Source of the DNA: Hamiltosporidium tvaerminnensis FI-OER-3-3
Taxonomy: Eukaryota > Fungi > Microsporidia
DNA length: 64,000 nucleotides
Assembly (NCBI GenBank): GCA_022605425.2
Contig: CM061246.1
Location: 434,001-498,000, forward strand
Direction: 5' to 3'
The notes beneath the pieces are model-generated. The model saw only the letters and a program-made list of their open reading frames with translations. It searched no databases and was not told the origin of the DNA. The position numbers and the translations under genes were made by a program. Of the stretch, positions 21,061-36,152 are shown piece after piece. Each line of letters opens with the position of its first letter. Position 1 is the stretch's first letter.

Positions 21061-22382
21061 TTTTGAATAAAATAACTATTTTAGAAGTATAATGTTTTAA
21101 ATTTAATTAAAGTTATTTTTTTGTCATTTTTAAGTTTCAAGATAAGGAATAAATCAATTTGTTTATTAATATTTTGTAAAAACACACTTGAATTAATACT
21201 TTACACAAACATTATATGTGGTTTTTTAAAAAATTTTAATTGAATAAGTAAAATTGTGGTTTATATATTTATAAATGAACAATAGAATCAATCAAATCAA
21301 AAAAATAAAACCTGTTTGAATGAATTAGTAATTTATTTCAGTAGTTTCTCATGTTAAATCTGGACGAATAAGAAAGTTATAATTTCCTAATTTAAAAATC
21401 TTTACGACAATAATTCAAAACCCTCTTTATAAGAAATTACAAGGTTTAATAGATTCATTAGTATAAATAAATTAGTAATTGAAGTCTAAATTTAACAAAT
21501 TTTAATTCTTATTTTAATTCATGTCTGTAATATTTAAATAAAATTTAATTTGCCTTTTAAATATTCTTCTAAGTAAATGTTATAAAAATTAATATTTTTT
21601 AATGTTTGTCTGATGTTGTAGTTATAAGTTATTCAAGAAATGAAACCAAAATTTTAAAAATTTGTATTAGATTAACTCAACTCATTTATACAATCATATC
21701 GGAAAAATTAAATGATTTAAAGAGCAAATTCCGATTTATCATAATACTTTGAAAGTATTATAATGCATCTACTTTGTATATTTTGGTTATTAAGTTTAAA
21801 CTAGTATTTTTTTCAAATAACATGGATTAATTATAGAATACGCATATATAAATATATCTATCATTTAGATAGCTACTAATTTATTTTTTTTGTCCTTTAT
21901 AATCATAATTTTTCTGCTTTAAAACATTTAAATGATAAAATTAATTCGTAATGAAATTTTTACCATCAAAATATTTTAAATAAAACTATTAAAAAATTTG
22001 TTTTAATTTCCTTTAAATAATAACCTAGTATCATACTTAGTTATATTAAAGAAAATATTATATTATTGGTTGATTATCAAAAATTGATACAGTCAAAGTT
22101 GATATTTGTATCTGTTAATAAGAATTATTAAATCTTTAATATAAACGTAAAAGTCAAAATATAATTCACAATTATTTTTATCACATTTTTTTAATATAAA
22201 ATTATATTAAATGTTTTATATTTTGTTTCTTTTGTTAAATAAGCGTTGTATAAAGATCGAAATCTAAATTAAATCCAACAAATATTGCATTAATATATAA
22301 TAATTAATACAATATTTTAAAATTTATATTTGCTTATCTTTAATTTTGATGAACTTACGCGCGTTAGAAAAAAATACCCCAT

Positions 22383-22790
22383 ATGAAAAAAGAAACAAAA
22401 GTAAAAACTATAAAAGCATCTAAATCTAATAAAAAATCAAAGCATACAAGTGATGATGTTACAGACAGTGATTATTCAAAGCTTTCCTGTCTTTCGTCGC
22501 CAAAAAACCATGAATTAAATAATGAATTCAAAATAAATGAACTCAAACACTATGATGATATAGAGATATGTAGTAATAATTGCAATACATTTTTTTACAA
22601 AAATGGAAATCCAGTCAAATTAACTGTACAAGAAATGCAGATTTCATGGCAATTTTTCGATTGGATGAATAAACGAGACAAAATTTATAATACCAACGTA
22701 CCGATATCCTACCCAAAAAAAATAATGACTGAAAATGGTTTAATTCAAAAAAATATGGAACAGGCTAATTTTAGATCCAAAAAAAAATAA
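22383..22790 (+). CDS. Hypothetical protein, 135 aa, Lys-rich N-terminus
   Basis: Intact ATG ORF with CCCC at 22377-22380; no recognised domain. Confidence 0.65.
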   Translation: MKKETKVKTIKASKSNKKSKHTSDDVTDSDYSKLSCLSSPKNHELNNEFKINELKHYDDIEICSNNCNTFFYKNGNPVKLTVQEMQISWQFFDWMNKRDKIYNTNVPISYPKKIMTENGLIQKNMEQANFRSKKK

Positions 22791-23479
22791 AATAGTAGTA
22801 ATATCAATAAAATAAATTTTTTTTATAATAATTTTCAAATTCTAATGTAGATTTATTTTTGGAGTAAAATAGGTAAATTTAATAAATATTGGCACTTAAT
22901 TTTTAGTAGATTTATGACATTTCAAATGATAGATAAATATTTTCCCGCCAAAATCCCCAAAGAAAAAACGAACACAAACTGCAAAAAAAATATTTTTTTA
23001 TATTTTACCTCTAATATTATAAAATTTTCATATCCTGCAATACATTTTAAAATAAAATTTTTTAAGTTCTTTACGAAGTTTTTAATATTCAGTATATATT
23101 AATTTTATTTTAAAATATTTTTTTATTACCAAGCTTAAAATTAAATACATTTTTAACTGTGAAGATCAATAGAGATTACTCAAGTTTTTTTTGAAGTTCG
23201 AGTTTTCTCGCACAACTATTTTTTTTGTAAACAATATAAAATATTCTTTCAGCTATTTACAAAATCTTAAAAAAACTGATTGAATTAAAAGATAGTAAAA
23301 ATGAAATTTTTCTAAAATCTATATAAAAGGAGAAATGTTTAATTGTAAATACGCATTAAATTGTCGAGATTATGCCTATAAGTAATTTAAAATAGTATAA
23401 AAAGTTAATATTAAACTAATATATTAATCGAGATGATTATATTCTCTTTTATAAATAAAGTTATTTAAAAATAGAATTA

Positions 23480-24400
23480 CTAAAGCAATTCTGTTATATC
23501 CACAATAGAAATATATTCCGTAGAGCAGATGATATGTGTTAACACAGCAATAATTTCACGGTAAGCAGTATGTATTTAGCGACTTGAGGTGAGTAAATGC
23601 TCGGACATGGCTATACCAGACGGAAAATTGAAGTGGTTCGACCCCTACACTTGGTCCTGACAATATATTTAAGTTTAAGTTATCAAAACGAATTAAGAGT
23701 TACTCGGTTTAAGAAACTCTTGAAAATGAGTATACAGAGGTAAGAATATACCCAAGAATAAAAACCAGTGTCGTGATTCGGAATGATAGACCCTATATAT
23801 TTATTCTGGATGAAAAAAATAGGCAAAACTCATTAAAGTAGGAATTATTCACAAGATTTCTTAAAATATTTGAAATTTAAAAAATGAGAAAGTATGAATT
23901 ATTAGAAAATGAATGAATTCTTACTTATAAATGTAGTATAGAGACAATTTTTTATGTGATGACCTAAAACGGTAGTGTGAGAAAATAGAATAATTCATGC
24001 CTCAAAAGAACGTAAATGCTCATGGATGAGATAAATAAAGTAAGCCATAATAGCCAATAAAACACGCAAAACATTTTTTTTGATCGCTGAACAGGACTTA
24101 TGTGGTACCAAATGCGGAAGAGAGCGGGGATAGAGTGTCAACGGATCTTATTAAGAGCCTAGAAGCATTAAGATCCAACACCTCCTTTTAAAGTAAACTA
24201 GTAACGATGAATATGATGATAAACATTTTAAAACAAAAAATAATACACCCTTTTATTCGGATGAAGGAACCACATTAGAGGAACCTAAGATAAGAATAAA
24301 TGAAGATTCGGATATTGAAGCAAAAAAATTAGTGGTTAAATGGTTGGAGGAAATACATTGGAGTGTAAAGAAGGATTCTAACCCAGATTTTTATTAAATA
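23480..24400 (+). mobile_element. Degraded 3' part (CCHC-RLE-tail) of the R4/Dong-like retrotransposon
   Basis: Collinear with 41685-42600 (CTGTTATATCCACAATAGAAAT, AGACCCTATATATTTATTCTGGA, TATGTGATGACCT) and ends in AACCCAGATTTTTATTAAAT. Many stops. Confidence 0.85.
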
Positions 24401-24650
24401 GCCATATCAAAAAGGCATTATTAAATTAATTTAATTATCTAGATTTGTTTCTTGAAATAGCAAAAAGAACTAAATATTTACTACAATGTATCAAACAACA
24501 CAACAAGTACTTTCACTATTTTTTTCCTCGAGAAAAACTCGAAAAATCTAAACAAAAATCGAATATTAAAAACAATTAATTGACCACAATAGTAAACTCT
24601 ATGCATTGAAAAAATAATTAAATATGAGGAAAATTTTCTTTATTTTAAAA

Positions 24651-25346
24651 TATCGCATATTTTAAAAAAGTGGCAAGTGTTATCTCTTTTTCATAAATGT
24701 AACGCAGTTCTGGGTTTAACATAAAAAACTACACCATATTACTCCATCGGTACCCCCTGGGATACCTACATCTCATAGTATTTCATCTAAAAAAAGCTGG
24801 ATAAACTGATTAATAGGCGAGAAAGTTGCCGGAATTCATAAATGTCTGTTGCATAGTGTGTTATCACATCGAAGCCCACCATGGGCTCTCTCAAGACCGT
24901 GCGGCATTCCCACTTGCTCGAAACTTTCTGATCCCAATAAAAAAACCGTTAAAATATAGATCTGCGACTTACATGGATTCACCTAGACATTTCAATGTCA
25001 TACCAACTGGTATAACCAGCTACCTGGCTTTGAAGGGTTACATTTTTATATTTCCCGTGGCTAAGTCCTCTAACCCGAATGAGCAGGGCTAGGTTCTATG
25101 CTTTACATGTAAATTACCCACAAGTATGGCTGCAGTCTGTAATCTAATTTCATGAAAAATTACAAAATAGTTTCGAAGAAATAGTTAGGCAATTTTGTAG
25201 ACCTCGTCCTACTCATAGAAACTCCGATGAAAAACTGAAAGCGTAGTGTGGCTTTATTCACACCAAAAATGCAAACAATTTTCTGCCCACAAATTTTGCA
25301 TACTCATTACCAACAGATAGTTTCTTAGTTCTTTGCTTTCCTCCAT
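24651..25346 (-). repeat. Family 1 repeat, copy 4
   Basis: Collinear with copy 1 (TTAATAGGCGAG, GCATTCCCACTT, TCTAACCCGAATGAG). The 88-aa ORF 24826..25092 lies inside it. Confidence 0.88.
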
Positions 25347-27329
25347 CTATCATAGAAAAGAATAATCATTTTAATGAATAACTATTTTATATTTAAATTT
25401 ATTGTCAGTTGGACTATGGAAAATAAAATAAATGACATAAAACCACAAAAAATCACATTAGTGTGAAATGGAGTGACACTATATTGCAAAAAGGTAGTAT
25501 ATTCTGTTGCTATAAAATTCAAAAAAATATAAAATATAGGTCTATATGATAAGACATTGATTATTCCATGCATCATGATGTTCGACTTAATCTTCTTCAA
25601 TTTGTACTATTGCTAAATATCGATCATCTTATACTTTACTTATGAACATTTTTTAACCGAAAATAACGCACAAAAACTATATTTGAGTCTGTAAGAGTCG
25701 TCTGTAAGAGATAGCCTTGAAATATTTTTTTGAATCTCAAACAAGGGTTTAAATTATTCATAAATGTCTTAAAGAGCATCTGAGAGTACTAAAACACGAA
25801 ATTTTCTGCCTCATTTTCTTTACGCTAAAATTTATACGACTGGAAAGAGAAAATGAAAGCGAGTAAAAACTATATAGGGCACATAGAATCGAAACTTGTT
25901 CCATCATATCATGTTTTTTAAGAAAGTGCACTACATACATAAAAACAGACCGAAATTATTAAGTAAAATCAAAATCTTTTTTGTGAAAGGAATGTAAAGG
26001 AGGTGCTGTGCACCAAGAGGAACCTAAGTTAATCAATGACGGTAAACTTCGAAACCAAAGTAATCGAATATTCGCTTAAATAGCCATAATGATGTTTGAA
26101 GCATAGCGACGTCGCATAAATCATACAACTTTTGCAAACAGCTATGATAATGAAACGTTTAAGAGCCTAGATCAGTATAAAAGAAATAAATAGAAATTTA
26201 AATTTTTTATTATTACTTCAAAAACATCGCCTATATAAGATACACATACTGGATAAACCCATTTATTTAAACAACCGGCTCTTAAAGAACCGTTCTTGAT
26301 TTTAACTTAAAACCAAACAAAAAAACAATCTATAAAAGCATTGGTTTGGAATAATATACCGTTTGTAAAGGTCAAAACATTTAATAAGGGAAAGTAAAAA
26401 GCCATTCAGAAACGATTCATATTTTTGAGCCATCCTGATCGATTTTCCCGTGATTTATCCGAGATTTTGAATCTAAACTAAGGTCAATCGTGATTAGATT
26501 GCGAGTTTTATCCACAAAGCGGAGAACAAAAATGAAGTTCCCCATACGTAATAAATATACATTATTTTATGCTACGAGGATTTCTCGAGTCATGTATCCC
26601 TAATTCGGATGAATTTTAAATACCTTTATGGTTTTTTACTAGGAATGAATTATTATTGATATCTGTTTTTACCGAATTATAAAGCTTAAATTTTTCACAA
26701 ATATTTTATGAGATTATCAAGGCTATTTTTTGAAGGAGAGATACAAATTGTTTGCTTTTGCTGTGTTTAGTTTCTAAATTCTAATGTATGATCTGTAACA
26801 TTCCGATTACAGACATCCGACTTATACATTTTTAGAACTATACTTGTTATATATATAACTAGTATATTCAAGCGATATTGATAACTCAAGGAACCAATTA
26901 AGTGAAAAAAGGGCCTTGTAAGTAAGGTCAAAACAGGCTTTGATAATGTTGCCAAAATAAGCTGTCAAAAAAATAAAATCACATTTTGGATGCCTCAAAA
27001 ATAACAATATTTCGATGTAAGTTGTTTATATGATCAAACGCCTGAATAAATTTTTTGGTTTTTTGATTAAACTTGAAATTTATAAAATCAATCATATAAA
27101 AATGAAACTTTACGTAAAAGAAGAAACTTATAAAATAATGAGTAATTTCGACGATTTTTTTTTAATTTTTCGGTTTTTTTGGATATTAACTCATTAAATT
27201 TAAACTAGAATAAGAAATATTGACCGGTATAGATATAAGCGAAATCGAAATATATACACATAAACTCTTTTTCATAATTATTCAAAATATTCTTGTAGAA
27301 AAAAATGAATGCTGGCTTTAATGACGCTC

Positions 27330-28250
27330 GAACAAAAACAGTGAAAACCTAGAACTAATAATATTCTTTTGAAGAATTACTTATGTTTTAGATGTTTTGG
27401 GGCCCTAAATATACTTAAGAATATTAAGTGCAACATAGATATTTCGATTTGTGATACTTTTGATTAAGTAATAGACAATCCTATATTAAAAATAAAAAAA
27501 ACCGCCGCTTTATATAATCCCAATTTACCTAATTTCTATAATTAATGAATATGTGATACCATTGTTCCGGTATCATGCAATACTAATTTGACATGAACCG
27601 AATGATTCCCTGAGTTAGATGAGAAGTTCGTGAAGGATGTAGAAAAATGAAATTTATTAAAAACCTAGTTTAAGTAGCCTTTTTATGTCTCGATAAAACT
27701 TATTCGAGAATTTTTTGAATGTTAAATTTCGAAGAAAACTTATACCGAACTCTTGGATTATCCAAAAAACACGGAGAGATACCAACAAGGAGAGCAGCCA
27801 TCCTTAAAGTCAAAAATGATGAACAGTATACCTTGCCCCCATAAAAAACACTTACTAAATTATATATAAGATGGAAAAAGAGAGAAAATGAATTGCACCG
27901 AATGTCTAAATTGATTATTTAAATAACAATATAAGAGCTTAAAAAACGATCAGTGTCATATAATGCCAGAAATAATGATTAACTAGGTTTTAAATATTCT
28001 TTAAAATAGCTTAAAAAAGAGGGGATCGAGCTATGTGATAAATTGGTCTTATTTAGCATTCAGAATAGAACACTATTACGTGGTACAAAAGGAAAAAGTC
28101 AACCGTGGGATTCTGGAAAGTAGATAGAGTATTTTGCAACCATATGTAAAAATGCTTGCTAATAACCATATTAGATCCAATAATAAAATTTTAGGTGGCT
28201 ATTTTTGCCAGAAAGTATAAATTTAAGTTTTCCGAATCGATTAAGGGTCT
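27330..28250 (+). mobile_element. Old, heavily degraded internal fragment of the R4/Dong-like retrotransposon (RT thumb to CCHC)
   Basis: Ordered matches to 41210-41900: GAACCGAATGATTCCCTGAGTTAGATGA, GAGAGCAGCCATCCTTAAAGT, GCCAGAAATAATGA, GCAACCATATGTAAAAATGCTTG, TATAAATTTAAGTTTTCCGAATCGATT. The left boundary is approximate. Confidence 0.7.
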
Positions 28251-29648
28251 TTTGTAGAGTAATTTCGGAAAGGGGATATTTGGAAATAAGAATAAACACT
28301 TAAAAAAAAATATTTATGAATTTAAAATAATTTATGATATATATTTATTTAGACAAGAAACCTAATATGATAGCTTCCTTTTGAATCCAAATTATATCTT
28401 AGGATTCTCTTTTGATTTTTAAATCTAAAGAATCAAGGAACCAATATATGTAGATAACGAGCCAAGATTTATTTGTAATAGAGGCTCGAGATGATCTCTT
28501 ATCTTATAACGTTAAATTATATTGTGACAAATAACATGAGATGGTTCTGAATAAGTTAAAATAACAGTAAGAATAGAAAAGCTTATTTTGCCTATTTACT
28601 TAAAAAGACTATTAAAAGAAGTGCTGCTGATGAATAAAGAAATTTAAGTAAAATGTTAGTGTCAATAATAGCAGGAAAAAAACATATGAAAATGTAAATC
28701 GAATTGCGGAAACGCACGGATAACCTATATATATACGACATGCATATATCAGCGCTAAAAAGATTTTATTCAACTAAACATATAAATTTATATATTAGAC
28801 TGTAGATAAATGTATCGAAAATAAAGTATATATTCAAATACGATAAGAGAGTCGCAAGCATGTTGTGAGTCAAATAAAAGATAGAAAGCGGTATAATCAA
28901 AACAAAATAATCACGAGAAAATAATTGACAAAGAATAAATCTTATGAATACCTTGATTATAGAATATTCTAATATGATGTTTTTAATATTTGTTTTTTTG
29001 ATGTAGCTTGATTTATAAGCAATATTTTATAGCTCAATTAGCTAACAGCATAATAATTCTGATCGTTAATTTTTGTATAACTAAATTGCGACGTACAACT
29101 AACATCGTTTTAACAAAATGAAGGATATCTTAAAGGTTATTTTAAAGAAATCATGTAACTAACTATTTTCATAGAGTAGATAAAGCTAATTTTGTCCTTT
29201 TTTTAGTATGCTATGCGAATTCTCTAAATAATTTATAAGGCATCTTTAATCCTTTATTTCAAGTATTTTCAAAAAATAAGAAAATTTTTAACAACTAATC
29301 AATATATATAGATCATTTTTTAATCCTAGAACTTATTTTAGAGATTAAGATTTTGCCACTTTGTTGTTATCGAAGAAAAATATTTTGAATATTGCGAAAT
29401 ATATCTAGGGAGAAAACATTTGAATCAAATAAAAAACCAACCTATATTGTTCTTAAAACTTCCCTGAGCATCACAAATTGTAAACAATTTTAATCAGTGT
29501 TGAAACATCGTTAAAACTAATTTATGAACTGCTTTAGAAATAAATTTATATGTTACTGATTGAACAGTATAGAAAGATATAAAAGAAATTTTATGATATG
29601 ATAAGAAAATTATTAACTTATTTGTAATAACTTGATCCCTGTATCAAT

Positions 29649-31993
29649 ATGAGAATTTTTTTTTAAAAGAACGTTTGAACTTGTTTATATTTAGTTCATA
29701 TTTATATTTTTTATCGGTTATTGGCAAGAGTGTAATGTTTTATTCTATCGAAAATACTTATATTGGAATGAATTATATGGAAAACGAAGGAGGTATTATT
29801 TTCGAATTTCAATTAAAAAATAATACATTCTAAAATCATTTAAATCGGTCTTTCTTTTACAAAACAAATATCTGAAATGTATTTTAAGAAACGATCAAAT
29901 AAAGTATTATACACCAAATACCATAAAGATTTTCGAGTCGGAAAATTTATTTTAGAATTATCTAAAATTGATGGAAAAAGGACTATCTTTCCACTGGAAA
30001 ATATTTTTTAGGCCAGCTAACTCATAGTTTTCTTCTTAAGTTTGCAAGGTATGCTACAGATGATGATGCCTTCATAAATACTTTATCTTTTTTGAATTCA
30101 TAAATATTTTAACCGTTTTGGGAATTTTAGGATTTAAAAGAACTAGCAAAAATAATACATTTTTTAAATATTTATTAGTGAATAGCATTGTGAATGAGAA
30201 CTTTGATTTTATAAAATTTAAATATTTCTGAATTCTAATGAATATGATTATGATATGTTTAATATGAATTTATAATATCTATATAATGTCTTTCTTAAAT
30301 TTTTGTGCATTGAAAAAACAATTAAATTTACATTTTTGTCGCTTAAAAGCAATAACTTGGTTCGTGATTTCAAAATTATTCAAAACTACCAAGTTTTATT
30401 CGGTATAAAGATAGGTTTTGCAAATCAAGTATTATATTCTTGGAGCCTAATATAATTATACATCTTGAAAAACTTTTGAGAGCAGACTGGGGTAAAAATT
30501 GTTTTTACTTCTTAGTAAATATTGTATATAGATATATTTTGTTAGTATTTACTAAAGAAGAACCAAGCAAAAAAATATTTAATTTGATCAATTTAATTAA
30601 ACCAATTCACCTAAAAAAAATTATTGTAACAGATATGCAGAAGAATAAAACAGGTGTAAAGAATTTATTACTTTTTGGTTACCTTCAGATCACAGAATAT
30701 TTAAAATTAGTTGCAATTCAAATATCGAGGAAATATGTATGATTCTACAGCATAGTGAAAATATAAAAATATTGGTAATAAAAAGCAAAGATGCTTGCTT
30801 TGATATTTTATTTGAACTTAATGAATTTGCGAAAAACCATAAAAATATGTATTTAAAATACAAATGTATTAATTTAATAATGATATGTCAAAAAAATTAT
30901 CTCCTGCAAAATTTGTCAGAAAATTTAATTTCTTACATCAAAAAATTTAATGAATCATTTTTAAATTGTGATTCTTGCTCAATGAGATCATTCGTTCTTT
31001 ACAGAAAAATAAGAACAAGATTAGACAAAAACAATTTTCAGCTTGATAAATATAAAAAAAAAATTTCTGTTCAAATGCTAAAGAAGTTTATGTCACTACA
31101 CCGCAAAATATGTCAATTCAAACCATTCATTCTAAAATGATAAAATATGTTTTTCATATGCAAAGATTACAAGAAATTTTTCTCGAAAATATTATTTTTA
31201 CAAAAATATTAATACAATATATTTTAGAATCTAAGGATTTAATCTCTATAAAAATATAATTCATCTATTCCTTCGGAGTTATGCCATAAATATAAAATTG
31301 TTAATTATACTCTCCGAGATATAACGTTCAAAAATACAATTCTAATTTTAAATATGGATTTTATAAAGTTCATTTCATTGTTTCAAAATCTTATCTTTTT
31401 AAAAATATATGTTAAAACTATTGACCTGGTGTTCAAAAAAATGAGTGTCACCTGCACATCTAAAATATATAAAACTCTTAAACATAAATCTAAATCAAAG
31501 TTGGAATATTTAGAAATTACAATCAATGAAGACATCACTACATCTTTGCCGATATTGTTTGCTTGGTCGCATTTTTTTGATATTTCTAATTTAAAAATTC
31601 TGGTTTTACAATATGTTAAACTCCATGAGAATGACGTATCTGTGATATCAAATTTAAAGAGTTTAAAAGAACTTCATATGTGTTTTTATCAACAGGAAAA
31701 TGAAATTTTCTAAAAAAGGCTGACTAAAATATTAGAAAATAAAATGATAGCACTCTTGGAATTGATTTTAGAACTATTAATCTAACTATATTTGAATATT
31801 CAAATAACTTTAAAAATCTTGAATTGGTTTTTATTCGTTTTAAAAATATTGAAGCACACGATTCTACTTTATTTCATAAAATGAAATTTATTTGTCCCAC
31901 AATATAATTCTTTTCTGCAAAAACCATTCATTAGTTTCGCTCAAGATAATTAACTTTTTTGAAGAACATAATTTTACTTTTTTAGAAAACTGA
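29649..31993 (+). pseudogene. Fragmented LRR-like family pseudogene
   Basis: CCC (29637) then ATG, with an immediate frameshift/stop. Same-strand ORF remnants 30440..30742, 30739..31140 and 31354..31713 carry LRR-like text (SNLKILVLQ, SNLKSLKELHM). Confidence 0.65.
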
Positions 31994-33049
31994 TTAAGGC
32001 TTTTATGGTTATAAAAACATGTTATGTTCTTATATATACTACTGCAAGAATTTCAATGAAGTATTATCTTAAATATTACAACTATATATTCTGATATTCA
32101 TACATTATTTATATATATCTCTGTTTAATTTTGAATTATTAATTTTTTACAAATTTTTAAATATCAGTATAGTTATATTAAAGATTGGGCTACTATCAAA
32201 AAATCATTAAAAAATTAATTAATGTGTGGAAAAACATCATCATTATTCTTCAATAAATATAAGATCACTTAAACCAAGTTGATATCATTTTATAAGAATA
32301 TTTATGAATAATTTGCACATTCCATATCCGAGTGCCAGAATCCATGAATCATGATCAATTTTTATGACAAAATTGAAATAATAAGGTAAACGTTTTATAT
32401 GGATGAAGCTACTTTGAAATATATTGACCCTTTGGTCTAATTTATAATCCTAAAACAACTAAATATAAACAACTAAGATACCCGATAATGAACAACTTAA
32501 TTCAAAACTATAATACTGTCAATAATAGGATTAGAATTGAGTAAATCAGATATAAAATTTCATGATGCTTAAACCGCCAAAGCATAAAATTGTTTCATAA
32601 ATGCTCTTCTATGATTAGTTATGATCCTAAATTTAATTCTTGTATTTAAATTTAGTTATTTATAACTTACTTCATGTTTCTTATTCGAAGCAGAATAGAT
32701 TTGAATATTGGTAATTACCGTTTACCTCGTATAACAAAACATATTATTTTTGATTCTTCTTTTGTGTTTATCACTTTTTGAATTCATTTTTTGTTTTCTG
32801 CCACTTTGGAAATATTATTAAATTTTATTTCATATTTTTTTGTCATTTTATACATTCCTTCAATATTGTATGTATCTGTACTTACTGGAATATTTATTGG
32901 GTTTAATTTTTTAATCTGACAATAAAATATCAATTACTTATTCAATCAATATTTTTTTAAAGTTCTATTCTCTTTTATTTATAAAAACATAACAAAATGC
33001 GTTGTATTAATATATATTTTCGATTTAATTTGTACATTTTAGTCTGATA

Positions 33050-34800
33050 CGAACTCGGTCATTTTTTGTCATTCATTTTTGTAGCAAACTAAAATTTCAA
33101 ATTTGACATTGGTGAATTATAAAACTAAATCCATAATAACACTGAGATCATTTTCAAATTGTTTTGTTTTTAAACTTTTAGGTATGGCGATATCAATTAG
33201 AAATTAGGATGAGGTTCCAAGTTTCTGAAAAATATCCTTTAAAATATTAAGATAAAATTTTTAATTTACATTGTAAAAAATTTCTATATCAAATTTTGTT
33301 TGGTATTGACTTTTTGGTGATATTTTCACAAAGCGTTAGAAAAATAATAGGACAATTCTTACTTTTAAATGCCAATCGTAAATCTATTAGAAGTAAATCT
33401 TATATTATTTCCCTATTTTTCTATCCAGTATATTATTATTAAAATTATTTGTGCAATGCCATTACATTTCATTAAGAAATAAAGTCTCTTTTGCTATCAA
33501 CTGCCACCATTCAAGACGGAGAGCCTTTTTTTTGATTTATCTATAGCAAGGCTCTGAAATTTTATTGCATCGTCTGGCTATTAACTTTCAAGAACTTGGA
33601 ATTTGTCAATTATAGGATCTCTTAGGTGCCCTGTTTTATAACTCGACTGTCTAAGATTCGTTCAAGATGACTTAGCCATTAGATTCTATTTTTTTGACTT
33701 TGATAACCATACCAGTGTTCATTTAAAACCTTTAAAGTCTTATATAGTTACAAATTTGCGACTCTTTTACTATTTCCTGTTGGTTATATATTATATTTAA
33801 GATTTTATGTTCTCATATGCATAGCATCGCTTAATTGAATTTAGTGAATATCCATGTTCATTGTTGTACATCATTTTAAGTCTAGTATCAATACATATAT
33901 GATTTTTCTTTTTTTACACAAGAATGGAGATTTAAAATTCCTACAAGCCAAATTATGTGTTTTTTTGCTTTGTTTTTTTTAAACACTGTTTTCTATTGGT
34001 TCCCGCTATCTATGAACACATAAAACATAGTATATTCCAATAAAACTACAATTCATGTATGTAATCACAGATTTTTCGTTATTTATCTTCAATATATTTT
34101 GTTTCTAGCTCGAATTTTATGTTTATCAATAAGCTTAATAATTAATTGCTAAACTATACAAAAGTACTACCGAGAAGTATTAGTTTGGCTCGCAAAATTT
34201 CTATCGACTTTTATCGCATCCCTTAAATAAATTATATATAACATGGTATAAAATCCCGTATACAGGACTAACAAACACGCATAATCCTTCATTAAGAATG
34301 ACACTCAAAGCCTTTTCTCTTTAAATGTATATAATCTACTAGTGTTTTACGTTATTTTATTTTTAGTTCCTTAATAATATTTTGGCACAGAAATAACTTT
34401 TCTCATTGCTTTTTACGAATATACAAGATATATTTAATTCTATATTTTTGAAATTCTTCGTGCCCATTTTCATATTCTCTATTATGCGCAACATTCCGAA
34501 AAACCGCTTTTTGCATACTCGAATACTCCTTGAATTTTAGCATCAATACCTAGATTTCTACTTATTGATGTGCAAAATTTGTAAATAACTAGGGATAAAC
34601 ATATATATTTACAAAAACATCGAGCAATAATTTGCAAAAAACATTCTTGTCAAATTATCTAATCTTTTAAATTACAAGCAGCTTTCTGTTTGAGAAGTCT
34701 AGTAATAATATATAAAATTTTATCGAGTAAAAAAACACGGCCAGTAGATTATTTGGCTTAATAATACCCTTATCTTCGTTCTGATTGTAGGAATAATCGT
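33050..34800 (-). mobile_element. Possible highly decayed Ty3/gypsy pol remnant
   Basis: Minus-strand traces in gypsy order: DKGIIKP (~34760), GVFEY (~34520), TLVWLSKSK (~33710) and an IYW integrase-zinc-like trace (~33430). No ORF, no LTR seen, boundaries approximate. Confidence 0.3.
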
Positions 34801-36152
34801 CACAAGTCAATCAATAGTAGTGGCGGGCTTAGAATCGAGACAATCAGATAATATATAATTCAAAAGACCTCGGAATGACATAAACATATGTTTCTTTTTT
34901 TCTAAATTGTCTTGAAATTTTACGAGAATAGGTTTTTTTGTTCCATTTAGACGTCAAAAGACACGTTTTTATCATCAAGAGTCTCATACAATCCTATTTT
35001 TGTTTGATTTTTAAACATTCCCATATATAATTTTCTTAAGCCTATATTTTGAAAGGAATGAGGTACATATATCGACATGCCTTTTTAAGAAGATATGAAA
35101 GGCGCTTTTTAGAAGTTCCACTTTTATATTTTCTTTCCAAGTAAATTTAGACCACTAGTTGCGTATTGCTTAGATAATGTATCCATATTATTTATATAAT
35201 ACATGCGGCGTCATAATCATATAGAAGACATCAGAATCTGATTTTCTTTGACGAATAGATTGATTTAGTCGAGAAGTTTGTCATGTGTTAATTTACATGA
35301 AGGCTATCGAGTTCGAAATGCCACTTTTTGTGTTTTATATATTGAAATTTTTTAAATTTCAAAAATAGTAATCTCCTATTGCTATGTACTGAATGTTGTT
35401 GAGCTAAAATGATGTCACGGTGGAAATAAATGGCTCTACATCGTAATATTTTCCTAAAGCTCCATTTCTTTTTACACTTCAGTCTGCGTTACGTTTTTTA
35501 GCACATTGATAGTAACAATACAGGCAAAATAATTATTGTGGGTTAAGAAGCTTTGGAATTTCCCTTTTTCATATATTTCTATACCTTATATGAATTGTGA
35601 AAGAAAAAAGTGAATTAATTTTTGCATGTCAGTTTTTACTGACTTAAATTTTGTGTGTAGTATAAATATTGCTTTCCTTCGGTAATAGCTTCAGCAAAGT
35701 TTTTTGAAATGCAATACAAGTGTTTTCTGTCAGAAGATTCGGTTGGGAGGAGATGGAATATATTGAATAAGACGAGGTCATATTCAAACATATAAATGTA
35801 TTCGAGTTTGCGTAGGTTTTTACGGACTTCTTGTTTTTATCGAGAATCGATAGACAAAAGGAAATCTCTTATCGGGTCTGCATATCTTTTATGATACTTT
35901 TTACTTTTCTTAGTTTAGTCTTTGTTGTTTAAATTTTGTTAATCTGTTTATTTTTCGCCAACTTTTTTTCTTATCTTTATATACCGAAGTAGCTAAAATG
36001 ATTAATGGAACATGAACATTGGAGATTCAATAGCATCAATTTAAATTATTAATTTATAACAATGTGTTCAAAGAAGTTTAGATGCTAGAAATCTGGTCTT
36101 TGGTTTATTTTTGTTAAAATAATTATGAATTATTTAACGACTATCCCTCATA

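Noticed and set aside
23581-23657. tRNA-like cloverleaf with GGTTCGA
   Set aside because: It aligns with the retrotransposon's KMLGHDYTRRHNEVVRCIH-coding sequence, so the B-box look is coincidental.
24826-25092. 88-aa ORF (also 20331..20528 and 54485..54691)
   Set aside because: These lie inside dispersed repeats, use non-ATG starts, and the frames are not conserved between copies.
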